A stretch of DNA of 24,926 nucleotides from a virus (taxonomy: Duplodnaviria; Caudoviricetes). Below are positions 7,143-18,100 of this stretch, piece after piece (within the stretch, counting starts at the first letter, position 1; every line of letters starts with the position of its first letter). The stretch spans positions 1 to 24,926 of IMG/VR virus record IMGVR_UViG_3300032328_000082; one strand, given 5' to 3'. Both the position numbers and the translations under genes were made by a program. The notes beneath the pieces are model-generated. The model saw nothing but the letters and a program-made list of their open reading frames with translations. It was not told where the DNA came from and made no database searches.

Positions 7143-10100
7143 TTATACCTCACTCAAATAAACAGTCATAGATGGACCAGAAAGACTTCTTGAATATCCA
7201 ATGTTATATACAACAAATCTATCAGATCCTTGCGCTACTAAGTCTAGACTATCAGAATTTTTATAGTCAATGGTAACAATATCTCCCAGTTGAAGTGTTG
7301 GAATAGAAAATAATGACATACCTACTGATTTTTTAGGTTTCATAATCTTATTAATAATCCATCCCATTAACTCATTTGCATCATCTTGGCTTTGAATGTA
7401 TGCGCTTTCAATGGCAAAATCATTTTTACCATAAATTAATCTACTTAACTTAATTTCATCATATTTTGCTTTTTCAATAAGCGGAGAAGTTATAAGTGTG
7501 CTTCCTTGCAGTTCTGGGTCAGACAGATTACTTTGTTTTTTAAAGTATTCATCTACTGTTAGTTGGTAGGATGTATCCTGTGTAAATGTTATACCCTGAA
7601 TTCTTAAATAGTTTCCAGTTGTTTCATCAAGATTTAGTGCTGTATCTGTAGCATTAAATATTAAAAACTCTGCTCCATATGAGTCTGCCTGGAATCCAGA
7701 AACCGAATAGCCCTTTATTCTATTAAATGTTGGTGATAGTTGTGCATAAAGTGCAGGATATGAACGATCATACTTAATATCAAAATATGCACACTCACGC
7801 ATAATTGTTCCAAATTCTTCAAAATACATGTTGTATTTTGGTGGCTGCTCAGAACTAATTCCAGTTAAGTATGTTCCTTGAACAAGTCCGCTTACTGCAT
7901 ATTTTCTAAAAGATTCATTTGCATCAATTTCTGAATCTCCAAATACTCCTGATAATGTTTCTCCTACTACTGATACTGTATTTTGTGCATAGTTATTTGT
8001 AAGAGCATAAAGATTTTCAAACATTACCCTTGAAGAACCACGAACAAACGGAGCCATATTATTATAAACTGGAAGTGGGTCTATGTCATCAACAATTTTA
8101 ATTAATTTATTATTTATATAAAGATAGAACCTTCTAGTAGTTCCAATGTCTTGATACTCTACTCCTAAATCATATACCGTAGGCTTATCTTCACCAGATA
8201 ATCTGTACTGTCCAGTAAACCTTCCGTCATCTACAATAACGCTTGTTAGCCCACCCCACAACTTTACAGGTATAGCATTGTTGTTAGAGGCATCTTTTTT
8301 AACTTTATAAAAAACAACATTGTTAATATTTACTTCTGCCTGACCACTTTGATCAAGTTTTAAATAGGATTCAACATTTGTTTCTGTTAAAGCAACAATT
8401 TCAAAATAATAACCATTATTCGTTTCTGGATTAAGCATAACTGCTAATCCTCCAGAGCCACCACCAATGCTTACGTTTTGGTTTGTTTGTGCTCCATTTA
8501 CCTGATAATAAGAAATGCTTCCAATTGGAGTCTGACCACGGTTTTCATTATTTTCAATTTTACCAATAATTCTCATTCTTGCACCAAAACTTTTATATGC
8601 GTTATCTAATTGTTTGTATTGATAGGAAACAAAGTTAATTGGAGTCTCTGTTGTTTTAAAAGATGGGCCATTCATAATAAGTGCTGAAGACTGAACAGTT
8701 CCTGACTGAGTAGACTTTAAACTATTAACATCTGTTTCTGTCAAATAACTAGTTGACATGAAGTTTTTAATGACTCCATTTCTTGTTGTTTGACGTGCAA
8801 GAGTATTATCAACACCAGCAGCACCTATTGTTGTTGCTGGAACAGAAAGATTTTGATCTAGGGTTGTTGTAAATAAATATTGTGTTTGCATGTTGCACCC
8901 ACGAACATAGGCATTGTCTGACCAATAAGAACTAACGCCAGCACTGTGGTATGTTACTGGTGTTCCAAACTGTCCACGACCGTGCTCATAAACAGCACCC
9001 TGTTGCAGCCTTGTTAATCCATCTACAGTTTCGTAGTATGGTGTAGAAAATATTCTAATTAATCCTGTTGGATATATTTTTCCATTAAACGGGATAGACG
9101 CAAAATATTTTTGATACTCTTGATTGCTGCTAATCCATACATTTCCAGTTCCAGTTACATTAAACTCTGCTGCATCATATCTAATTATTTCTCCAGAAGA
9201 GTAAAAGTATCCTTGGTATCTTGTAAGCCAATATACGTTTTCTCCAATATCAAGAATGTTGTTTATAACTAACCCATTTTCAACAGTTGGAAGTTCTGCG
9301 GTTAGGTCTGAATTAATTGGCATTGCTCCAAGAACATACTTGCCCTGCTTGGAAGCAACCTCATTAATAGTCTTAGTGTTCTCAGTACCAGATACTTCCC
9401 ATAGAAGTGCAGGTTTGTATATCCAAGTTTTATCTCTATCTACCATGCTTGACTGTCTTATACTGCCATAAGATCTTTGAATATATCTGGCTGTGTAGGA
9501 TATATTTCCACCGTTATAAACTTTTTTATCTTGAGATGCAATACTTATGATGTTTGGAAGATTTCCTGACGTACCGTTTTCAATAACACCAGAGTCTGTT
9601 TGATTATTTGTTCCAGACAAAACAAAATCTGTTGGCCGTTCATCAGTTGCTGGCATTAAGTAGTTTTTACTCATCACAATAAAGTTGTTGTATTCATCAA
9701 AGAACATTGCTGACTGTGTTGCAACCGCTAACTGATTTAAAACCTCTGCAACATTTTGATCAGGTGCTACAAAAAAATATGGAATAACTGGATCTGATTC
9801 TGTGTCTAGTCTTCTAAAAGAATAGTTGCTAAATCCAATATAGTCTAACAAAGTAACAATTGCCATGCTTAGCGATGTTTCTGTCATTAACAATCTTGGC
9901 GCAGGCATTGACTCTAAGAAAAAGTATAGATCTCTCAACTCTAAAGATAGGGTTCCGCTTGTTATGTTTGCCTGTGGCATACCTTCTGAGTATAATGTTT
10001 TAATTGGAACATAGTAATCAAAACCATCTACATCAACAAGTATTTCATAAAAATTAAATTTAATATTTTTTCTAACATAGTCTGCAATAATACTAGAAGT

Positions 10101-11465
10101 ATTGTATTGATTAAATGCTTGATCGTCATCAAATAAAGACACGCTTCCAGTGGATGCTAAAAGTTGACCTACTGGTAAAGAGGTAATGCCAATATCCGAT
10201 AATGTTTTAGTAATGTTAAAATCTATAACTTTGTCTGATATGTCTACTACTAGTCTTGGAGACATTTCAATTAAATCAAATGTAGAGTCAAATTTATTCA
10301 TTACCTCTACTACAATTCTCATACCCTGAACATAAGCAAACTCTCTATAAACTGTACCGCCACTAATCTCATCAGCAAATTCTTCTGGAGATGTTAGGTC
10401 TGTTACAAAGTTAGTTTGATTTGTTATTGTTTCTGATCCCAAAGTCCAACCGTATTCTGGAATAAAAGAATCATAGCCATCATCTGCTCCAGTTCCAGTA
10501 TAGATATAAAATGTACCCTTGTCCCCAGTTGTTGGTATTACAAGATATGCGTACCCTATTGGTGCTGCATCAGGTCTTAATGTTACAGATGAAAGAGTTT
10601 CAGCATAAATAAATATGTTTTTATATTGTTCTGGTATTACAAGCCCATACTCTAGTTCTACATAGCCATCTGGACCAACTATTGCTGATCCGTCTGCACG
10701 AGTATCAGTTTCCAAGAAAGAATATGCATCTACCCAGTTGTTATTATTTAAATACTGAACTCTCCATCTTGATGGGATTGTTTTGTTAGCATCTCCAAAA
10801 AGTGGATCATCTATTGGTCCAGTACTTGTAGCAAAAGGACCAAGATCAACCGTACCAACATTTGTTTGCATTTTTACAACAAGTCTGTTTGCTGGAACTG
10901 AATTTTTATAAACAACAAAAGGAACTGCATCTTCTATATAGTTAAGTCCATTTAATATATTGTTTGCAATTCCACGCTCAAAATTATCTTCTGTTCTATA
11001 TGATGTCCAATATCTAAATTCATCATATCTTGATGGCATGTAGTATCTTGGTCTTTCTGCCATGCTTGCACCAGAATTTGCGATATACCTACCTGAAAAA
11101 TAAAGTGGTTTATTAATTCCAGATCTTGGTCTAAATGGTTTTGTACAATCCTCTAAAGAATAAATCATTTTCATTTTATCTTTTTGCAAAGTAAACTGTT
11201 GTGGAGTATTGTCATTAGTAAACCCACCATCAATAACAACGTCTGCATCTGTTGCTCCAGTATAGTAGTTTCCTTCATCAAGTGGATCAAAACTAACTGG
11301 TAGTGTAAAATATTGAGAACCTTGTGTGGTTGGTCTATATCTATAGTTTCCTACCTTTTGAAGATTGTCTGGCATATTCATATTCCACTCAGCCAGCACT
11401 AGTGACTGAAGTCTTATTGTTGCAGATGTTTCTAAATATGTCTTTAATGCTTCACTAACAAACAT
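7143..11465 (-). CDS. large minor tail protein (tail-tip hub/host-specificity-type)
   Basis: 1440-aa beta-rich ORF two genes downstream of the tape measure. C-terminal 'PTLQLGDIVTI...FVVYNI' is typical of Tal/hub proteins. Confidence 0.75.
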   Translation of the reverse strand: MFVSEALKTYLETSATIRLQSLVLAEWNMNMPDNLQKVGNYRYRPTTQGSQYFTLPVSFDPLDEGNYYTGATDADVVIDGGFTNDNTPQQFTLQKDKMKMIYSLEDCTKPFRPRSGINKPLYFSGRYIANSGASMAERPRYYMPSRYDEFRYWTSYRTEDNFERGIANNILNGLNYIEDAVPFVVYKNSVPANRLVVKMQTNVGTVDLGPFATSTGPIDDPLFGDANKTIPSRWRVQYLNNNNWVDAYSFLETDTRADGSAIVGPDGYVELEYGLVIPEQYKNIFIYAETLSSVTLRPDAAPIGYAYLVIPTTGDKGTFYIYTGTGADDGYDSFIPEYGWTLGSETITNQTNFVTDLTSPEEFADEISGGTVYREFAYVQGMRIVVEVMNKFDSTFDLIEMSPRLVVDISDKVIDFNITKTLSDIGITSLPVGQLLASTGSVSLFDDDQAFNQYNTSSIIADYVRKNIKFNFYEILVDVDGFDYYVPIKTLYSEGMPQANITSGTLSLELRDLYFFLESMPAPRLLMTETSLSMAIVTLLDYIGFSNYSFRRLDTESDPVIPYFFVAPDQNVAEVLNQLAVATQSAMFFDEYNNFIVMSKNYLMPATDERPTDFVLSGTNNQTDSGVIENGTSGNLPNIISIASQDKKVYNGGNISYTARYIQRSYGSIRQSSMVDRDKTWIYKPALLWEVSGTENTKTINEVASKQGKYVLGAMPINSDLTAELPTVENGLVINNILDIGENVYWLTRYQGYFYSSGEIIRYDAAEFNVTGTGNVWISSNQEYQKYFASIPFNGKIYPTGLIRIFSTPYYETVDGLTRLQQGAVYEHGRGQFGTPVTYHSAGVSSYWSDNAYVRGCNMQTQYLFTTTLDQNLSVPATTIGAAGVDNTLARQTTRNGVIKNFMSTSYLTETDVNSLKSTQSGTVQSSALIMNGPSFKTTETPINFVSYQYKQLDNAYKSFGARMRIIGKIENNENRGQTPIGSISYYQVNGAQTNQNVSIGGGSGGLAVMLNPETNNGYYFEIVALTETNVESYLKLDQSGQAEVNINNVVFYKVKKDASNNNAIPVKLWGGLTSVIVDDGRFTGQYRLSGEDKPTVYDLGVEYQDIGTTRRFYLYINNKLIKIVDDIDPLPVYNNMAPFVRGSSRVMFENLYALTNNYAQNTVSVVGETLSGVFGDSEIDANESFRKYAVSGLVQGTYLTGISSEQPPKYNMYFEEFGTIMRECAYFDIKYDRSYPALYAQLSPTFNRIKGYSVSGFQADSYGAEFLIFNATDTALNLDETTGNYLRIQGITFTQDTSYQLTVDEYFKKQSNLSDPELQGSTLITSPLIEKAKYDEIKLSRLIYGKNDFAIESAYIQSQDDANELMGWIINKIMKPKKSVGMSLFSIPTLQLGDIVTIDYKNSDSLDLVAQGSDRFVVYNIGYSRSLSGPSMTVYLSEV

Positions 11466-11466
11466 T

Positions 11467-12105
11467 TTAGACCTCTTCCAGTGTTACCGAAATATTCCAG
11501 AAATCAAAGTTGCTCCCACCACGTTTTACAATTGAATAACTAAAGTCTGCAAAATATACTTGAACTATTTGATTATATTGTGCAAGATGTCCAAATGCTG
11601 CATTATCATCACCAAAATTAGAATATTTATCATATGCTAGATACATCCAGAATGGACCTTTATGGTTTTGATACCAGTCTAAGATTTCTACTCCTCCAGC
11701 ACCACCGTCTGATGTAAACTCTTGTGTATTGTTTTGATATGGAGAAATACCAGTTGTTGCATTAAATGCAGCATTTTGAAAAAATGCACGGGATGGCAAT
11801 AAATTCCAAGACCAACTAAACCTTAATTTATCTGCTATATGATATGAACGCATACGTCCATTAATTGTTCTTTGTCTTTGCTCAAGTCTTTCTTGATTAA
11901 TATCAATTGCTCCACGGTTGTCATCTGATAAAATTAAAAATTGATCAATTAGGTTTGGGTCTGTTTCTGCGGGTACGCTTCCTCCTACCTCATATCCATT
12001 GGGCACATATAGGCCATTAGACAGGGTTCCAGGGTTGTCTGACCATAGAACAGCCTGTGGTCGTTGATATCTACGTCTCCCAGTGATATAGGCGCTTGTA
12101 GCCAT
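11467..12105 (-). CDS. minor tail protein, probable distal tail (Dit-like)
   Basis: Immediately downstream of the tape measure and TAATG-coupled. 'RTINGRMRSY...FSWSWNLLP' and C-terminal 'WNISVTLEEV' resemble distal tail proteins. Confidence 0.7.
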   Translation of the reverse strand: MATSAYITGRRRYQRPQAVLWSDNPGTLSNGLYVPNGYEVGGSVPAETDPNLIDQFLILSDDNRGAIDINQERLEQRQRTINGRMRSYHIADKLRFSWSWNLLPSRAFFQNAAFNATTGISPYQNNTQEFTSDGGAGGVEILDWYQNHKGPFWMYLAYDKYSNFGDDNAAFGHLAQYNQIVQVYFADFSYSIVKRGGSNFDFWNISVTLEEV

Positions 12106-15100
12106 TATGCTCTTTGTCCTCTAACTCTTTGTGAATCAATTTGTCTGATTTGTGTCATAACTACCCTGGCAATATCGTCTGGGTTTGCATCAGATTTAAC
12201 ATTAACGTTTAAGTTATAATTATACACCTTCTCGCCTTCGTATGATCCAGTATTCATGGCCTTCATTTTATCAACACCATAATTGCTAACAGCATACTTA
12301 CTCATTACAAACTCTCCAGGAGTAAGCATCGCTGGAACAATGTCTGTTCCTCTTGCTGCTCCACCAACTGAGAAATACTTGGGCTTAATTAGTCCACCAG
12401 AGGCCTTATATTGCATTGCAAGACCACCTCCACCACCAGTATTGTTTGGATCAACTTCTGGCAATGTTGCATCATATGCTGCTTGTGCTGCTGCAAGTTG
12501 TCTTTGCAGTGCATCAAACTGGGCCCATAATCCCTTGTCGTAGGCATCATCAAGTGCTGCTTGTGCTGCATCAAGTTCTTCAACTATGTCTATAAATTTT
12601 TCTAATTCTGCTTCAGACTCTGGAGTGGATGCTGGTGGGACATAAGAGTTTGAGTTATTTCCTCCAGTATTAACTGCTGCATTTGGAACTGCATTTGTTG
12701 ATGCTGCTGCCGCTGCTGCAATTTGTTCCCATAAGGAAAGTACGCCATTTAAGTAGTCAATTGTTTTTAGTATGACATCATTGTATTCTCCAGCAGTAAT
12801 CTTTGCAGCCATTTCTGCATCTGCTGCGGCCTGCCAAGCATCTCTTTGTAATTCAATATTATCAAGTCTTGCTTGTAATTGATCTCTTACTAACTGTAGT
12901 TCTTTTTGTGCATCCTCTAAAGCCTTCGCTGCTGGCTCAAGTTGATTAATTTTAATATTATAGATATCATCTTCATAACCACGAATAAGAAGCATTACCG
13001 CTTCACGGTCTTCTTCAAGAAGGTAAATAGAATCTTCAATAACTTTAATTTCTGCTAACTTGGCTTGTCTTGCTGTTTCAATTGCAAATATTTGATCTTG
13101 TTTAATCTGTATTCTTGCTTGTACCGCTTCACGCTGCTCTTCAAGCATAAATATTTGTTGACTAATCGTAAACTGTGCTTCCTCAATTTGCTTTCTTGTA
13201 AGTCCAGCAGCGTTTCTTAGTCTATCTAATTCTAACTGTCTTGCAGCCTGTAATGTATTTTGTGCATTTGTAGAAGATGCCTCTGCTGCCGAAGCCCTTG
13301 ACTCTTGTGCCATTTGTGCTGCTGCAGAAATATCTCCCTGCGTTAAAGCATCTGCCAGGCTAATCTGTTGTTTTTGCTGACCAAGTATTTGTTGATTAAT
13401 ATTTGCTACGTCTTGAAGTGCCTTTTCCTGTGCATCATATTTTTCATTAATAGATTCAGCCTGCTTGTCCATCAATGTTAAGTCATTAGATAGGTCAGAA
13501 GATGTTTCTTGTAATGCTGCCAAAGGTCTTTCAAAGTCTAATTCTATGCCACGCTCAAGAGCGCCAATCTCATTTTGTATTGCCTCAATAGGTCTGTCAA
13601 ATTGCATCTCAATTGTTCTTTGTAAATCATTTACCTGTTCTTGATAGTTTTCAATCTTTCTACCAATTGTTGTTTCAAGAGTACGCTGTTCTAAATCTAT
13701 CTTAGCCTGAATTGCATCAATCTTTTTTTGTATTTTGTCTACAGCATCTTGTGCGTTTTTAACTTCTTTTTCAGCATTAATAATTTTTGGCTTGTATTCA
13801 CGTTGTGCTGCTCTTTCAAGGAAACCAAATAGTTCATCTGCTTTTTTCTTTAATTCTTCTGCTGCTTTTCCTGGATCAAGGAGAAGATCAAATTTAATAT
13901 CAATTGCCTTGCCAGTTCTTATGGCATCTAAATATTTTTGAATTCTTTGACTTTTTAGTTCTGCAGTAGCAAGCGGGTCTACAAAAGACTTCATTAGTGC
14001 TGGATTATTTAAAATTGCCTCAATATCTTTTAATGTTCCGCCCATTGCCAAAACACTAGGGACAATATCAAAGAAACTTTCTTTTAATTTATTTTCTGTT
14101 CCAAGTGAATCTAGGAAATCTTGAATTGCCTTAGATCCTGCACGTTTTTCAATATCTTTCATAAGAGTTGCAACTTGCTCAATTTGTGTTGTGCTAATTT
14201 TACCTGTTGCAAGTCCTAGTGCAATAACAGAATCTTCAGCATACTTTGTTGCTGTGGCTGCATCAAATCCTGCTTTTTTAAGCATATCGTATGAAATTTT
14301 TGTATTTTTTAGTTCTAGTTGTTGCTTTTCTAGTTGTTCAATTGCTAACTGAAATGCAGATTTTTCTCCACCAGACCCAGGGGTGTTTCCATTTACTTTG
14401 TCTTGTTCTTCTTTGATTTTTTCAAGACTTGAGAACATCTGATCGTACAGTTTATTAAGACCATTAACACCTCTCATTTGTGCTTTATAGTCTGTGGATG
14501 CAAGTGCTTTTAATATTGGACTATCTTTTGTAAGTACCCCCGCACTAAGCAGTGCTAGGAGTTGCATCTCTTGTCTTGCAGTAAATAATGCGTCAGTGTA
14601 TTTATTAACCGATACTCCAAGTTTTTCAAATACCTTTGACAAAAGAAGTTTACGCTGTGCTTCATCTAGTCCATCTGTTAATGCAAGAATAGTACCTAAT
14701 GTTGCCTCATATGCTTTGCCATCAATTAAGCCAAGTTCAAACATGCCTGATGCAGACTTTGCCGCCTCAGACATAAACTCTGATGTAGTTTCAAGTTGTT
14801 TTTGTGCATCTTTGCTTAATGTTATAACTTCTTGAAGGGGCACATTGTATCTGCCGCCAACAAAAGTTTTAGTCATGCCAGCATCTAATGCTTTGTCTAG
14901 ATTAATAAGTAGTGGAGCAATATCTTTCTTTAGTTGATCTAAAGATTCTTGTGAAAGTGTTAAACTTTTTACATCTAAGACAACATCTGTTTGTGATGAT
15001 TCTTCACGAAGCGCATCAATAATTACCTGAACCTGATCTGATGCAAAGCCCTGTGCTTTTAGATTTAAAGCAAGAGAAGAAAACACAATCTTTGCTTCAT

Positions 15101-18100
15101 CATTTGTTGCTTTTCTTAATGCTTCAATTGTACTCTTAAACTCTTTTTGGAAACCAGAATCTGCTTTTAAAGACTCTCTTTGTGTTCTAGTTTCTTGTTT
15201 AACAATTTCTCTTTGTCCCAATTCAAATGGCAGTTTTGTAGGAAGGACATTAAAGAAATTACCAAGTGTTTTTACTTGTGTTGTGGTTGTTGTCATTGCA
15301 TCTGCAAGACCTTCAATTGCAATGCGCTCACGCTCTCTTGCAGCATTTACCATTTTAATTACAGATACGGTTGTAAGCATTGCTGTTGCTGCAAGTCCAA
15401 GTGGTCCAGCAAACCTCAAAGCAAACTTGCCAGCAGTTAAAAGATTCTTACCAAATCCAGCAAGGTTTCCACCTCTGCTAAACAAAGATTTAAATCCAGT
15501 TCCGCCCATTGCTGTTGCAACAGTTGATGCTCTTGTTGCAACTAATTCTGTAACCTTTGCCTGTGTTAGCAACTGTGTAACAGACATTAATGCAAACAAT
15601 AATCCAGAGTACTTCATTACCTGTTGAGATAGATTTCCAAGTGGTCCACTTGCCATAGACCCTGCACCAGCAAGAGATGTTAGTGCAAATGTTCCAGCCA
15701 TAAGTCCCTTGTTCATTGAATCAAGTCTTTGTGAAGAAGTTTTTCTTGCTGTTACTTCTTGATTAATTGCTTCCTTCATTGCTGGAGATACCGCTGAACT
15801 TGCAGCACCTGAAAGCCCCATCGTTCCTGGAGCACCCTGTGGTCTTACGGCACGTCTTCTTTGTCTGCCGCCACCACTTTGAGTACCGCTGACTGCTGCT
15901 TCACCCAATGCTTGCCCAGACGCTGCAACCTCATCTTGCTGATTTGCCATACCAACTTCTAGACCACGGGCAATATCTTCACCAATTGGAATTGTTTTTC
16001 TTGATGGAGACTGTGTGCCTGCTGCTTGTGCAGTTGCTAGAATGGCTGCATCAACATTTGCTACGCTTTGCTGTGCAAGTGGTGCGTTTGCAAACGATCC
16101 AACTCCACCACGTTTTCTAAATGTTCCAGTTCCTCCAGGGGTTACTCTTCCGCCCTTTGAGCCTCTGCCAAATCCTGCTGGAAGCGCTGCCTGTTGTTCT
16201 GCACTTAATCCTTGGAATCTTATTTCTGTAATTGTATTTATTGCTTCTTGGAAGACAGCATCAAGACCGCTTCCTAATTCAAGAACATTTTGTCTAGTTT
16301 GTTCTGCAACAGTGTCCATTGCAACATAAACCGTATCATCAAATGCTTCGCCCTTAGCGAGAGCCTCTTGTCTCATTTGCTCAATTTGTGCTTGACTGTC
16401 AACAATAATTCTTGCGCCATTTGAATAGGCTTCTTCTAGGTTTTGTTGGAATCTTGTATCAAATGCTACCAACTCACTTCCAAGGTCTTCCATATTCCCG
16501 CCACCGATTTCAACGGACTTGCGGAATTTTTCTACTCCACTAATTTCAAAATCATTAATTACATCTTCTAAACTTGCACCAGCACCCTGCATTGCATTGT
16601 TTAAGAATCCAGTTAACTCTAAACCAAATCCAGTTTTAAGATCAACTAGCGCTTGTGCTCCAGCCGCATCAACAAATTCTCTTAGTCTGGCCTGTGTTCT
16701 TGGATCTGTTACTGCTCCGCTTTCTAGCAATGGGCCAGCAGAAACTCTTCTTCCAGTATCAAGGTGTGCAAACTGTAGTTCTTCTTGTTGGCCAATATTT
16801 GCATTATATTGTGCTCTAAATGCTTTTAGTCTTTCCTTTAATGCTTTTTCTGAAAGATTTACTTCTTGTGAAACAGTTGTAACTAAAGATTTAAATTCTT
16901 CAACAAGTGTTTCTGGTATAGCCTTGAGTTCTCTTTCTAAGAACTCTCTAACTCCAGCCTGACTTCTTTGTGGAGCGCCAGCAGCAATAGACTGGGCAAA
17001 CTCTGAATCACCAGTTCCAAGCCCTCTTCTATATCCAGGAATATTATCTGCAATCATTCCATTAATTAGTGCGCCATACTTCTTTGACATCTCTGCTGGA
17101 ATTACTGTTTCTCCAGGAGTTAGTAGTGCTAATTCTGTGTCTTGATTTCCAGTACCGCCGACAACTACTGGCTTTCCCTTTGCTCTCTTGGTAGGTGCGC
17201 CACCTGGCGCTCTCATCATTCCAGGATTTACGGCTGCGAATTTTGCAGCAGCCGCAGTTGCCTGCTGATATGCCGCTATAAGTTGTGCAACAGCACTTGT
17301 TTCTGCTGTAAATGTTTGTGTTAGTCTTGCATGAGATTGATCTAAAGAGTGAGATGCTGCTGCCGCATCAATCTGCTCCATTGTTAAATACTCTGTTTGT
17401 TCACCAAGTATTTGAGTTTGTCCAGTTAGTCTTAAATATCCATTACGCAATACAAGTGCACCCTTGACAATATTTGCAAGACCATTTGCAAGCAAACCAA
17501 ATGTCATAAGGGCAACAGGTCCAATTGCTCCTATTGCTACAGTTAGTACTACTATTGCTTTCTTTACACCAGAGGATAGGTTATTAAATTTTTCTAGTAT
17601 TCCGCCAATAAATTCAACAATTGGTGTTACTGCTTCCAAGAATGTTTGTCCTACTGGAACAAGTGCAAGTTTTAAATCCTCAACAGATTTTCTAAACTTA
17701 TTCATTGCAGAGTCTGCAGTCATACCTAATTCTTTTTCAGATAGCGCTGAAAGATCTTCAATAGATGTTCCTGCTAACTCAAGTACACGGGCTGCTTGAC
17801 CGCTTTGATTTGTTACATTATCAAACAAAGTTGAAAGACGAGCAAACTGGAACTTACCAAATAGTTGTTCGATTGCTCTTGCACGGGTTAGCGGATCAAG
17901 TGTATCAAGGGCATTTGCAAAATCAATGACTGTTGCTTTAAGATCTCCTTGATTACCCTCAACAATCTTTTTAATATTTATTCCATAACCTGAAAGCATT
18001 GCAGATGCTTTTTCAGTTGGATTAATTAATGCTGCAAGACCCGACTTTAATGCGTTTGCGCCTTCTGATGCATTAATTCCACCCTCTTTCATTGCAGCCA

